Below are positions 54,785 through 64,000 of a stretch of DNA of 64,000 nt, piece by piece. Position 1 is the first letter of the stretch. The number at the start of each line of letters is the position of its first letter. The notes under the pieces were generated by a model that saw only the letters and a list, made by a program, of their open reading frames with translations, searched no databases and was not told the origin of the DNA. The DNA lies in NCBI GenBank assembly GCA_965215185.1, contig OZ244034.1, positions 736,001 through 800,000 of the forward strand. The letters run 5' to 3'. Origin of the DNA: Acidimicrobiia bacterium (GTDB lineage Bacteria > Actinomycetota > Acidimicrobiia > Spongiisociales > ZC4RG35). The position numbers and the translations under genes were made by a program.

Positions 54785-55639
54785 ATGACCGTTGCCGATC
54801 TGGAGGGAATGGTCATCGGACCGAAGCCCTTGAGGATTACTCGGGAGCGGGTGACGTCCTATGTGGAGATAACGGGTGACGATCCGCAGCGTTGGGGGCG
54901 GTTCGCGCCTCCCGGTCTGGCCAGCGCCGCGCTCTTTGCGGTAGCGCCCGAACTGCTTGCCCACCCGGCGGTCATGGCCGAAGGTGGGGCGGCGGTCCAC
55001 GGCGAGCAAACTTTCTATTGGAAAGCGCCGCTCCGGCTGGAGGACACTTGGGCGGTCCGGGGAGAAGTGAAACGGGTGCGGCATCGTCGTGGCGTGTGGT
55101 TCGTTGATTTTGCTCTCACCGTTGCTGAATCCGAAGGGGCAGTCTTGGTGGAAGGGAACTCGTCGTTTCTGATCGCGGGTGGCCAGCCCCCCGCACGGAG
55201 TCAAGCTCCGGAGCCGGAGCCTGCTGCCCACCATCGGGCCGAGAACCAACCAGCATTGCCCGGCGCCCTGCCGACGATAGGCGAGGATTGTCCGCCTCTT
55301 GCCAAATCGGCGAGCCGCGCCGACCTGATTCGCTATGCAGCCGTCACCAGGGATTGGAATCCCATCCATTGGGATCACCAATCGGCACTGAGGGCGGGCC
55401 TGCCGGGGGTGGTGGTGCATGGTCTGGCCTGTTCAGCCTGGATGTGTCAGGGCATCACCCGATTAGTCGCCGGCTCGGCCCCGCTTCGCAAAGCGCGATT
55501 TCGTTATCGCAAACCACTGCGCCCCGGGATATCTGCCCAGGTGCTAGGAATGCGGAGCAGCACAGACCGTTTCACAATGCGTCTCGAGTCAGGGGGAGAG
55601 GTACTGATAGCCGCCACGATGGAGACCCCATCGGCTTGA
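54785..55639 (+). CDS. Double hot-dog MaoC dehydratase (HadA-HadB-like fusion)
   Basis: VHGEQTF N-domain; DLIRYA..DWNPIHWD..GVVVHG C-domain; rpmG-had-secE synteny as in mycobacteria. Confidence 0.82.
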   Translation: MTVADLEGMVIGPKPLRITRERVTSYVEITGDDPQRWGRFAPPGLASAALFAVAPELLAHPAVMAEGGAAVHGEQTFYWKAPLRLEDTWAVRGEVKRVRHRRGVWFVDFALTVAESEGAVLVEGNSSFLIAGGQPPARSQAPEPEPAAHHRAENQPALPGALPTIGEDCPPLAKSASRADLIRYAAVTRDWNPIHWDHQSALRAGLPGVVVHGLACSAWMCQGITRLVAGSAPLRKARFRYRKPLRPGISAQVLGMRSSTDRFTMRLESGGEVLIAATMETPSA

Positions 55640-55687
55640 ACACCCCAGCGGTTGCCATGTTGCAGGCTTGGGGTACCCTGTAACCAC

Positions 55688-56257
55688 ATGAACGCGGATC
55701 CGGTCAAAAGGGACGACGAACGCGAGTTGCTGGCCCGGGCCAGAGCCGGGGAGCAGGAAGCCTTCTCGGTTTTGGCAGCCAAACACCAGCATCAAGTGTT
55801 CACATTGGCAGTGCGTTTAGTGGGAGATAGAGAATTGGCGGCAGACATATCCCAGGAGGCCCTTCTTCGAGCTTGGCGGGGAATCGGCGGGTTCCGGGGA
55901 GACGCCCAATTCTCGTCTTGGCTCTATCGGATCACTGTAAATGTGGCATGGACACAGTTGAGCCGCCGTCGGCGAACCCAACACGTTTCTTTAGAAATAG
56001 TGGAGAACATAGCCGCTCCACCTTCCGTTTTTGAGCACCCTGAATTGGCTTTCGAGTCCGCCAATCTGCGTGGAAGGCTGCGCCGAGCCTTATTGAGGCT
56101 TCCAGAGCGAGCGCGGGTGGTTGTGGTACTGCGGGACGTATACGACTGGAGCCACGCTCAGATAGCGGAGGCGTTAGGCATCTCGGTTTCGGCCTCCAAG
56201 GTTCGTCTGCACCGCGCCCGCATGCGGCTGCGGGCCATCTTGGAGAACTCTCCATGA
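55688..56257 (+). CDS. ECF sigma-70 factor
   Basis: AADISQEA, FSSWLYRI, LPERAR..IAEALGIS..KVRLHRAR; ATG 55688. Confidence 0.92.
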   Translation: MNADPVKRDDERELLARARAGEQEAFSVLAAKHQHQVFTLAVRLVGDRELAADISQEALLRAWRGIGGFRGDAQFSSWLYRITVNVAWTQLSRRRRTQHVSLEIVENIAAPPSVFEHPELAFESANLRGRLRRALLRLPERARVVVVLRDVYDWSHAQIAEALGISVSASKVRLHRARMRLRAILENSP

Positions 56258-56613
56258 ATTTGATGCAATCCACGGTCTGTAGGGTTTCTCGGCCGTGGGT
56301 GCGACTGGTAGCGGTTGATCAAAAGGATCAGGGCAAATTGGTATCACGTCATGCGGAACAGTGTCTGCGCTGTCAAGCAGAAACCGCTATCGAACTCCGG
56401 ATCCACCGTGAGCTGGCTGCTATGGGAGGCAATCCGATGATCGCCCCGGCGGGCTTGATGCCGGCGGTGATAAGCGGTTTGGAGCAGCCCATGTCCAACC
56501 ATGAAAGCGGTTCTGGGATAGGGGCGGATAAGGTGGCTGTCGCCGCGGTAGTGGTGGGAGTGGCGTCGGTGTTGGCTTGGACAATGAGCCGCTGGGTGAG
56601 GGGCGGGGTGTAG
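56254..56613 (+). CDS. Putative membrane-anchored zinc-binding anti-sigma factor
   Basis: HAEQCLRC (HxxxCxxC) plus C-terminal TM; ATGA-coupled to the ECF gene. Confidence 0.75.
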   Translation: MNLMQSTVCRVSRPWVRLVAVDQKDQGKLVSRHAEQCLRCQAETAIELRIHRELAAMGGNPMIAPAGLMPAVISGLEQPMSNHESGSGIGADKVAVAAVVVGVASVLAWTMSRWVRGGV

Positions 56614-56647
56614 AAGCGGGGATAAGTGACCCATCTCGGATGTTGGG

Positions 56648-56676
56648 TTTACTTCACAACCGAAGGGAGGTATACT
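56648..56676 (+). promoter_or_regulatory. Putative promoter for tRNA-Trp-secE-nusG
   Basis: TTTACT-17 nt-TATACT. Confidence 0.55.
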
Positions 56677-56701
56677 CTGGGCGAGGCTGAAAACCCCTTT
56701 G

Positions 56702-56776
56702 AGGGGTGTAGCTCCAATTTGGCAGAGCGCCGGTCTCCAAAACCGGAGGTTGCGGGTTCGAGTCCCGCCGCCCCTG
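56702..56776 (+). tRNA. tRNA-Trp(CCA)
   Basis: AGGGGTG/CGCCCCT acceptor, CCGGT-CTCCAAA-ACCGG, GGTTCGAGTCC. Confidence 0.96.
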
Positions 56777-56821
56777 CTTGGCAGTCCAGATCATTCACCC
56801 AATACCTGAAGCGACGAAAGC

Positions 56822-57160
56822 ATGAACCGACAGATGCGTCGACTCGTGGAACGCGAGGAACGACGGCAGAAGAAGCAAGGCAAAGATAATCGGCAACGGC
56901 GGGTTGATCGCGCCACGGCGACCCGTGGCAAGACAAGGCCCGGGGTAGAGCGTCCGCCCATCCATGTCCGGACTGGCATTTTTCTTCGGGAGGTACGCAC
57001 CGAACTTTCCAGGGTTTCCTGGCCGACTCGTCGACAACTGCTCAACTTCACCGCGGTGACACTGGTCACCTGCGTGGTGCTGACCCTGGTAATTTTCGGG
57101 CTAGACGTCGCTCTCAAGCAGATGGTGCTGTATTTACTGGGAGGTATTCAAAGTGGCTGA
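56822..57160 (+). CDS. secE: Preprotein translocase SecE
   Basis: FLREVRTELSRVSWPTR plus single TM; precedes nusG. Confidence 0.93.
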   Translation: MNRQMRRLVEREERRQKKQGKDNRQRRVDRATATRGKTRPGVERPPIHVRTGIFLREVRTELSRVSWPTRRQLLNFTAVTLVTCVVLTLVIFGLDVALKQMVLYLLGGIQSG

Positions 57161-57770
57161 TCTTACGATGTCCGCCCCGCTGGTGGATTCAGACGAAGAG
57201 GAGCCTCAGGTCAGTCCCTATGACTTGCCGGGGGACTGGTATGTGATCCATGCCTATTCCGGTCATGAGGAGAAGGTGAAGGCGAATCTGGAGAAGCGAG
57301 TGGAGTACATGCATTTCTCCGACCGCATCTTCGATGTGCATATACCCCGTGAGGATGTCGTGGAGATCCGCAACCGCAAGAAGGTGACAGTTCCCAAGAA
57401 GGTGTTCCCCGGGTATCTGCTGGTGCGGATGAATCTGGACGATGATTCGTGGACAGCGGTGCGTGACACACCGGGAGTTACCGGGTTCGTCGCCTCCAAC
57501 ATGGGCAAACAAAACCGCCCCCCACCGCTTTCCCGTCGCGAGGTGGAACGCATGCTGGGTTTTCGGGAGACGAGGGCCAAGTCCAAGCCTCTTTTCAAAC
57601 CAGCCTGGGAAGTGGGGGAGACTGTTCGGGTCGTGTCGGGTCCATTCAACGACTTCAGCGGGATCATCGAAGACATCAATCTCGATCAGTCCAAGGTGGT
57701 GGTGTTGGTGGAGATTTTCGGCCGGGACACCCCGGTGGAACTGGGCTTTGCCGACATTCAGAAGAATTAA
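57153..57770 (+). CDS. nusG: Transcription factor NusG
   Basis: WYVIHAYSGHE, FPGYLLV, TPGVTGFV, IFGRDTPVEL. Confidence 0.97.
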   Translation: MADLTMSAPLVDSDEEEPQVSPYDLPGDWYVIHAYSGHEEKVKANLEKRVEYMHFSDRIFDVHIPREDVVEIRNRKKVTVPKKVFPGYLLVRMNLDDDSWTAVRDTPGVTGFVASNMGKQNRPPPLSRREVERMLGFRETRAKSKPLFKPAWEVGETVRVVSGPFNDFSGIIEDINLDQSKVVVLVEIFGRDTPVELGFADIQKN

Positions 57771-57798
57771 GACGCTCTTCAAATAGGAGTCCAGCAAG

Positions 57799-58227
57799 AT
57801 GGCTACCAAAGAAATAACAGCACGGGTGAAAATGCAACTCTCCGCAGGGGAAGCTTCTCCTGCCGCGCCGGTAGGGACCTCCCTGGGGCCACATGGGGTG
57901 AACCTCATGGACTTCGTTCGGGCCTACAACTCGGCCACCGAGGATAAGAAAGGGTCGATTATCCCGGTGGAGATCACGGTCTACAAGGATCGCACCTTCA
58001 CCTTTATCACCAAGACTCCGCCGGCGGCTTCTTTGCTTCGCCAAGCTGCCCGAGTGGAGAAGGGGTCGGGCGAACCTCACATCACGAAAGTGGGTTCAGT
58101 CACCTCCGAACAGGTGAGAGAGATCGCAAAAATCAAGATGCCGGACCTCAACGTCAACGACATGGAAGGCGCGATGCGGACAGTGGCTGGTACCGCCCGG
58201 TCGATGGGTATTGAGGTCGTCGGGTAG
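57799..58227 (+). CDS. rplK: 50S ribosomal protein L11
   Basis: [14 protein letters not shown]. Confidence 0.97.
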   Translation: MATKEITARVKMQLSAGEASPAAPVGTSLGPHGVNLMDFVRAYNSATEDKKGSIIPVEITVYKDRTFTFITKTPPAASLLRQAARVEKGSGEPHITKVGSVTSEQVREIAKIKMPDLNVNDMEGAMRTVAGTARSMGIEVVG

Positions 58228-58249
58228 GAAACCGACAAGTACAACGCCA

Positions 58250-58286
58250 GTGGGAGGCCCTTTTCCATAGGGGCCGCCTGGACCAC
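58250..58286 (+). promoter_or_regulatory. Putative L1-binding mRNA element between rplK and rplA
   Basis: GTGG-GA-GGCCCTT/AGGGGCC-...-GA-CCAC stem with asymmetric internal loop just before the rplA SD. Confidence 0.6.
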
Positions 58287-58297
58287 GGAGGTTAAGA

Positions 58298-59005
58298 ATG
58301 GCAAACAATGGCAAGCGCTACCAGGATTCGTTGCGTCGGTATGACCAAGCAGCGGCATATTCACCAACCGAGGCTCTGGATCTGGTCAAGTTCATGGCTT
58401 CGGCCCGCTTCGACGAGACGATAGAAGCCGCTTTGCGGCTAGGTATCGATCCGCGCAAAGCCGACCAGATGTTGCGCGGGAACGTGTCGTATCCCAACGG
58501 CACCGGGAAGACAGTGCGGGTGGCGGTGTTCGCTCCAGAAGACCGACATGAGGAGGCGTTACAGGCAGGCGCTGATCGGGTGGGCGCAGACGATCTCGTC
58601 GCTGAGATCGCTGGAGGCGGGGCGCTCAACTTCGATGTGGCGATCGCGGTGCCCGCCATGATGCCGCGGGTGGGGAAACTGGGGAGGATCCTTGGACCGC
58701 GGGGGCTGATGCCCAATCCCAAGTCGGGCACGGTGAGCAATGACCTGGCTACCACCGTCTCGGCCTTCAAAGGCGGACGGATCGAATATCGGACCGATCG
58801 CTATGGCAATATCCATTCCGTGATTGGCAAAGTGAGCTTCAGCACCGATAAGTTGGCCGAAAACCTCGCCGCTCTTACCAATGAGTTGAACAGGGCTCGA
58901 CCGGCCGCCGCCAAAGGGCGGTACATGCGTTCGTTGACGATCGCCTCCACTATGGGCCCGGGGGTCAAGATAGACGTAAACCGTTTGGATGAGTTGATTA
59001 TTTAA
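58298..59005 (+). CDS. rplA: 50S ribosomal protein L1
   Basis: FDETIE, LGPRGLMPNPK, STMGPG. Confidence 0.98.
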   Translation: MANNGKRYQDSLRRYDQAAAYSPTEALDLVKFMASARFDETIEAALRLGIDPRKADQMLRGNVSYPNGTGKTVRVAVFAPEDRHEEALQAGADRVGADDLVAEIAGGGALNFDVAIAVPAMMPRVGKLGRILGPRGLMPNPKSGTVSNDLATTVSAFKGGRIEYRTDRYGNIHSVIGKVSFSTDKLAENLAALTNELNRARPAAAKGRYMRSLTIASTMGPGVKIDVNRLDELII

Positions 59006-59050
59006 TCCAGGCAGGAATGTACTGGCGGCTTTTGGCCGACTCAACCCGTT

Positions 59051-59079
59051 TTGTTATGAGAAGGCGATTTCTCTAAAAT
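59051..59079 (+). promoter_or_regulatory. Putative promoter for rplJL
   Basis: TTGTTA-17 nt-TAAAAT. Confidence 0.55.
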
Positions 59080-59111
59080 CTAGAAATACAACGCCAATCT
59101 CTGCACTTTGG

Positions 59112-59214
59112 CCCGAGACCGCTGGCTGCCGAAAGGCTAGAAGGAAAAAGTTCCGCCAGCGCAGGTCGGCATCACGCCCCTGGTATCTCGGTTGAGGATG
59201 CCGGGTTTTTTATT
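59112..59214 (+). ncRNA. L10 leader with attenuator-like hairpin
   Basis: CCGAGACCGCTGG..GCCGAAAGGC.AGAAGG..CCGCCAGCGCAGGTCGG, then a hairpin and T run before rplJ. Confidence 0.8.
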
Positions 59215-59226
59215 GGAGGACCGAAT

Positions 59227-59763
59227 ATGCCGATGAGCAGAGCCAAAAAGGTGGAGCAGGTTACCGCCGTACGGGAACGGATAGCAGCTGTGGAAGCCAT
59301 CTACCTGGCCGAATTCCGAGGCCTGACCGTCCAAGAACTGCAACAGGTAAGAAGGTCGCTCAGAGAGGAGGACGCCAGGATGCGGGTGGTCAAGATGTCA
59401 CTGGCCCTTCGGGCCGCGGCCGATCTGGGCTACGAGGACCTCTCCGAACATCTGACGGGACCCACGGCCTTGGTGTTCGCGGAAGGTGACCCGCTGGCTG
59501 CCGCCAAAGCGGTGAGAGAGCAGGGTCGCCAGCACCGCAAGCTGGTGTTGAAGGGGGGAATAATGGATGGAAAATTTGTAGGGAACAGCCAGGTGGGCGA
59601 GTTCGCCAAACTCGGATCACGTTCCCAACTCATGGGGAGGATGGCGGGGGGTCTGTCGGCGCCCATTCACAAGGCTGCTGGCCTGTTCGCCTCTTTTAAC
59701 CGCTCTGCAGTTGGGGCGTTTTCCCAGCTTTTGGAGCGCAAGCAGGCGGCAGAGTCAGCCTGA
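59227..59763 (+). CDS. rplJ: 50S ribosomal protein L10
   Basis: FRGLTV, LTGPTA, LKGG; operon position. Confidence 0.95.
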   Translation: MPMSRAKKVEQVTAVRERIAAVEAIYLAEFRGLTVQELQQVRRSLREEDARMRVVKMSLALRAAADLGYEDLSEHLTGPTALVFAEGDPLAAAKAVREQGRQHRKLVLKGGIMDGKFVGNSQVGEFAKLGSRSQLMGRMAGGLSAPIHKAAGLFASFNRSAVGAFSQLLERKQAAESA

Positions 59764-59790
59764 GATTCAAACGAAAGAAAGGAAAGCAAA

Positions 59791-60174
59791 ATGGCCAAGA
59801 TGAGCACTGAAGAGTTGTTGAGTGTCTTCGAACAGATGACCGTGTTGGAGTTGAAGGAGTTTCTGGACGCATTCGAAGGCCACTTTGATGTGACCGCCGC
59901 TGCACCCATGGCTATGGCGGCTGCCCCGACGGCAGGGCTCGAAGCCGAAGAAGAGGTCCAGCAAACCGAATTCGATGTGATACTAACCGCCATTGGCCCA
60001 GCCAAGATCGCGGTGATCAAAGAAGTCCGTGCGTTGACCGATCTCGGACTCCGGGAATCCAAGGCCCTGGTGGACGCCTTCCCCAAGGCCGTATTGGAGG
60101 GCGTTGATGCTACAGCCGCCGATGCCGCCAAGAAGCAATTGGAAGGCACCGGGGCCAGCGCCGAGATTCGTTGA
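59791..60174 (+). CDS. rplL: 50S ribosomal protein L7/L12
   Basis: [22 protein letters not shown]. Confidence 0.97.
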   Translation: MAKMSTEELLSVFEQMTVLELKEFLDAFEGHFDVTAAAPMAMAAAPTAGLEAEEEVQQTEFDVILTAIGPAKIAVIKEVRALTDLGLRESKALVDAFPKAVLEGVDATAADAAKKQLEGTGASAEIR

Positions 60175-60224
60175 TCCTAGTGATCTCGTTCCGCTAACCA
60201 GCCGAACAAACAATGACAATATGG

Positions 60225-60269
60225 GTTGGCCGCCTCTTGGGGTGTGAGCTCAGGCGGCCAACTTGTTTT
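60225..60269 (+). terminator. Terminator-like hairpin after rplL
   Basis: 11-bp stem GTTGGCCGCCT/AGGCGGCCAAC followed by TTGTTTT. Confidence 0.7.
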
Positions 60270-60460
60270 GTGGGTGATATCTCCAAGGATCCCGGATCAC
60301 ATGCCATTTGACGGCGTTGTGTGGGCAATCATGTGTCGTACTCACATCCATCAGCCATGCTGATAATCGCTTGCCTCTACCGTGATTGTCGGATTGGGTA
60401 AATCTTCGGGTGTAAGCGCCGAAATGTGGCTGGCTGCCATGGCTCAAGGGCAGCTTGACA

Positions 60461-63016
60461 TCACGGCTGTCGTAGGTAGTGATTAAGCTCAGCCGCCTGA
60501 CGCTCTCTAAGCAGCACATAGGCTTGGAGCCGTTCAAGAGCTTGGGCGGTGGCCTTCTCGGCATCGGGCAATTCAGTCTGCGACAGGAAAGTGGTGACCT
60601 GTTCGGCAATCTTCGTCTGGGACAGCAAATGAACGGTGTCCACCAGACGGCTGACTGTCATGGGCGGCATCGTTGAGATGAGGTCAGGCCAAAGCGCCTG
60701 TGCTTTTTGCCATGCGTAGGGTCCGGTACGCTTGCGGCGGAACAGTCCACCCACCACCCAGGCGGCGTCCTGGGCTCGGATAGCCTTTTCCATAACGGCC
60801 TGCAAAGTGGCGTCCACGCTGGATTCGGTCTCCACGAAGCTGATCGAGCGCAGGAACCTGAGCTTCTCCTGAGGCGAATCGGCGTTCTCGTAGAGAGCGA
60901 AGAGCCGCCCGTAAGTGTGATCGTCGCCGTGGGCGGCCATTGTGAAAAGGCACGTTTCAGCAACTTCTGGATCGACCTGCCGACGGTCGGAAAGCCACAT
61001 CTCGAATTGCTGCCGGGAACGGGCTATGTAGTCGGTGTCGCCAACCAAACGGCCGGCGGAGCCCAAAACTAGTCCGCGAAGCTGGCGGGTTAGATCAGTG
61101 TCGTCGGGATGAGGATCCCATCCCAGGCGGACAAGAGTGGGCTCGATCAGTTCCATTACCAAGTCCGAAAATCGGGCCTCGTTCTCCTCTGTCACCAGAT
61201 GGTGACGCATGGTTCCCAGCCCGCCCAACACCGTCGACCAGATTACGAACTCGGTCTCGTCCCGGTAGGCGGTGGCCATCCGAAGGTAGGACGAAGCGCA
61301 GATGTTCCCGCTTTCCACCAGCGCCCATGCGTCGTCGATCAGGCAAAACCGCTCCAGATCGTCCAGGGATTCCAGGTCGGTCAGCAGCCCTTCCTGAAGT
61401 GGCGCTGAATAGGCCACCCGATAGAAGCCGTGCCCTCCGGCGTTGGCAGTGATCCACTGAGCCGAGCCTGCGGTGGGCACGGTGGAACTGCGTTGGCCGA
61501 ACACCTTCTTCAGATGGAAGGCACCGTCGGAGGTACGGCCACGCAGTTGAGCCGGGACTTGCCAAAGGGTCTGGTCGTCGGAGGGGATTTTCAGGTGGCG
61601 CCGCTGGGCTACTTTGATGTCACCCCCACTTTCCGTCAACTCCAGCAGGGGATATCCCCTCTGCAAGATCCAGGTGTCCATGATCTCACCCACCGGCTCT
61701 CCCGAGGCGTGGTTGAGGCTTTCCCACAGATCGGCGGTGTCGGTGTTGCTGTAGGCATGTTCCCTCAGATAGTTTCCGACCCCCTCCCGAAATGTCTCCT
61801 CGCCCAGGTACTGCTCGATCATCCGCAAGACCGCCGAGCCCTTCCCGTAGGTGAGGGCATCGAACATTTCGTTGGCCTCAGAAGGTGAGTTCACCTCGAA
61901 CTCCACCGGTCTGGTGCTGGCCAGCGAGTCCACCCCATAGGCCCAAGGCCGTTCCCAACCAGCGAAAGACAGCCATCGCTTCCATTCGGGCCGCATGGCG
62001 TCGGCGGCCTTCATCTCCATGAAGGAAGCGAATGCCTCGTTTAGCCAAATGCCGTTCCACCATTTCATAGTGACCAGATCACCAAACCACATGTGAGCCA
62101 ACTCGTGTGCGATCACATCAAGGATGCGGGTCAGTTCTCCGGTGGTGGCGGTAGCGGGGTCGGTGAGAAGGGCTGTCTCCCGATAGGTGATACACCCCAG
62201 GTTTTCCATGGCCCCAAACGCGAAGTCGGGGATGGCCAGGTGATCAATTTTGTCGCCAGGGTAGGGGATGCCGTAGTAGCAGCGAAAATACCTGAGACAA
62301 AAGACCGCACATTCCAGTGCATAGTCGGCCAAGTACAGTTTGCCCCGGGGAGCCACCACACGGACTGCTACTCCGTCCACATCCACCGGCGGGGTGGCCT
62401 CAAAATCCCCGATCACAAATGCCACCAGATAGGTTGACATGGAGATTGTGTCGGCGAAGACAATCTCTGCCTTCCCGGCCTCCAATTCGGTGCGGTGGAG
62501 GTTTCCGCCATTGGAGAAGACCGCGAGGTGGGCTGGAACCACCAGCGTTATCCCGAACACCGCTTTGAAATCAGGCTCATCCCAACACGGAAAAGCCCGC
62601 CGGGCATCGGTCGCCTCAAACTGGGTGGTGGCGATCACCTGCTGCTTGCCATCGACGTCGGTGAAAGTGGAGCGGTAGAATCCGTGCAGTTGATCGTTTA
62701 GAACACCGGTGAATTCCATCACCAGTAGCCCGCGGCCGGCCGGGGCAGTGTCATTTAAGGTGACGACGGCCCGCTGGAGATCGGTTTGATAGTCGATCTC
62801 TGTCTCCAGTCGGCTTCCGGCGCTCGTCATCAGAGTGGGTTGGGATATCTCGAGATCTACCGCGTTGAGAACGATCTGATCCACCGGCTCGGTGATCTCC
62901 ACTTCAATCTCCACCCGACCTCCGAAGGTGCACTGCTCAAAGTCGGGTTCGATCCGCAAGTCATAGCGGTGCGGGACCACCGAGCGGGGGAGTCGGTGGG
63001 GATCGACCTTGCTCAT
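60461..63016 (-). CDS. M1 family aminopeptidase (puromycin-sensitive/PepN type)
   Basis: GAMEN, HELAH-x18-E, ERAP1-like C-terminus; ATG 63016. Confidence 0.93.
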   Translation of the reverse strand: MSKVDPHRLPRSVVPHRYDLRIEPDFEQCTFGGRVEIEVEITEPVDQIVLNAVDLEISQPTLMTSAGSRLETEIDYQTDLQRAVVTLNDTAPAGRGLLVMEFTGVLNDQLHGFYRSTFTDVDGKQQVIATTQFEATDARRAFPCWDEPDFKAVFGITLVVPAHLAVFSNGGNLHRTELEAGKAEIVFADTISMSTYLVAFVIGDFEATPPVDVDGVAVRVVAPRGKLYLADYALECAVFCLRYFRCYYGIPYPGDKIDHLAIPDFAFGAMENLGCITYRETALLTDPATATTGELTRILDVIAHELAHMWFGDLVTMKWWNGIWLNEAFASFMEMKAADAMRPEWKRWLSFAGWERPWAYGVDSLASTRPVEFEVNSPSEANEMFDALTYGKGSAVLRMIEQYLGEETFREGVGNYLREHAYSNTDTADLWESLNHASGEPVGEIMDTWILQRGYPLLELTESGGDIKVAQRRHLKIPSDDQTLWQVPAQLRGRTSDGAFHLKKVFGQRSSTVPTAGSAQWITANAGGHGFYRVAYSAPLQEGLLTDLESLDDLERFCLIDDAWALVESGNICASSYLRMATAYRDETEFVIWSTVLGGLGTMRHHLVTEENEARFSDLVMELIEPTLVRLGWDPHPDDTDLTRQLRGLVLGSAGRLVGDTDYIARSRQQFEMWLSDRRQVDPEVAETCLFTMAAHGDDHTYGRLFALYENADSPQEKLRFLRSISFVETESSVDATLQAVMEKAIRAQDAAWVVGGLFRRKRTGPYAWQKAQALWPDLISTMPPMTVSRLVDTVHLLSQTKIAEQVTTFLSQTELPDAEKATAQALERLQAYVLLRERQAAELNHYLRQP

Positions 63017-63018
63017 TG

Positions 63019-63999
63019 TCAAGCCGGATCGGGGTTGGGAGAGGACCAATCGGTGTGGAAATGCTCCTCGGCAGGCCGATCGATTCTCTGATAGGTGTGT
63101 GCCCCGAAATAGTCCCGTTGTGCGGCAACCAGGTTGGCTGGAAGTATTGCCGAGCGAAAGCCGTCGTAGAAAGCCAACGCGCTGGAATAACCCGGCGCAG
63201 GAATGCCTGCCAGGGCCGCTTTGGCCACCACCAGCCGCCACCCTTCAGAAGCCGTGGCTATCGCCCGGGTGAAATGCTCATGGACCAAGAGGTTGTCCGG
63301 CCGCGGATCCGAGCGGAAAGCGGAGATCACCTCTTCCAGAAGCCGGGCGCGGATGATGCAGCCGTTCCTCCACACTTCGGCGATACGCGCCAGGTCGAGA
63401 TCCCAGCCGAATTCTTGGGAGGCGGCATTCAACACCATGAACCCCTGCGCATACGAGACGATCTTGGAGGCGTATAGGGCGTCGTGAATCCAGCCGGCCA
63501 GCCGCGCCCGGTCTCCACTGAGAATGGGTGTCCCGGAACCGACTCCCGGGCCCGACAGCAGCGGGGAGGAGGCGACTCGATCCTCTTTGAGCATGGATAC
63601 CCCTCGGGCCATCACCGCTTCGGCCACCAGGGTCATGGGCTGGCCGAGGTCGAGCGCCACCTTGACCGTGTCCCGGCCGGTGCCTTTTTGTGAGGCCATG
63701 TCCAGAATCTTGGTCAAGAGAGGCTCGCCGTCTTCGTCCCGGCGAGCCAGTATTTCGGTCGTGATGTCAACCAAGTAGGAATCGAGTGGGCCACTGCGCC
63801 AAACGTCAAATAACTCGCTCATCTCCTGGTGGGTCATGCCGGTGGCTCCCAGCAATTGATAGGCCTCCGCCAAAAGTTGCATGTCTCCGTATTCGATGCC
63901 GTTGTGGACCATCTTCACAAAGTGCCCTGCCCCGTCGGGACCCAGCAGATCGCAGCAGGGAGTTCCGTCGTCCAGCTTGGCGGAGATGGCGGTGAGGGG
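63019..63999 (-). CDS. gnd: 6-phosphogluconate dehydrogenase, decarboxylating (5' truncated by window edge)
   Basis: KMVHNGIEYGDMQ, QKGTG, GCIIRA, QRDYFGAH. Confidence 0.96.
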   Translation of the reverse strand, partial: PLTAISAKLDDGTPCCDLLGPDGAGHFVKMVHNGIEYGDMQLLAEAYQLLGATGMTHQEMSELFDVWRSGPLDSYLVDITTEILARRDEDGEPLLTKILDMASQKGTGRDTVKVALDLGQPMTLVAEAVMARGVSMLKEDRVASSPLLSGPGVGSGTPILSGDRARLAGWIHDALYASKIVSYAQGFMVLNAASQEFGWDLDLARIAEVWRNGCIIRARLLEEVISAFRSDPRPDNLLVHEHFTRAIATASEGWRLVVAKAALAGIPAPGYSSALAFYDGFRSAILPANLVAAQRDYFGAHTYQRIDRPAEEHFHTDWSSPNPDPA

Positions 64000-64000
64000 A

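Noticed and set aside
60250-60609. 119-aa minus-strand ORF after the aminopeptidase
   Set aside because: Overlaps the aminopeptidase in another frame, spans a terminator region and has no recognisable features.

Overview
GC-rich core-chromosome window from an actinobacterium, most likely Acidimicrobiia-like (inferred from gene order, short Adk, the rpmG-hadAB-secE cluster and EF-Tu 'DMPGH'). Almost all genes lie on the + strand: phoH-HD-ybeY-corC-era, pyc, icd, nadA/nadC, a GT2, the str/S10/spc/alpha ribosomal superoperon, truA, rplM/rpsI, glmM, a glmS ribozyme plus glmS, acpS-nnr-alr-guaB-like-udg-tsaEB-rimI-tsaD, CIRCE-groES/EL, htpX, tRNA-Tyr/Thr/Met-tuf2-rpmG-hadAB, an ECF sigma/anti-sigma pair, tRNA-Trp-secE-nusG-rplKA-rplJL, then convergent pepN and gnd. 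The outstanding anomaly is the two tuf copies, an apparently identical 1,229-bp direct repeat (17288-18516 and 53269-54497). By hand count, 389 of the first 390 codons end in G or T and every Leu is TTG; the polarity then flips abruptly to C/A-only endings for the last 6 codons and the trailer. No single-copy gene here behaves this way, including highly expressed groEL and the r-protein genes. This points to a repeat-restricted, strand-polarised mutation or gene-conversion process strong enough to alter the EF-Tu protein itself. An assembly artefact must still be excluded with raw reads.
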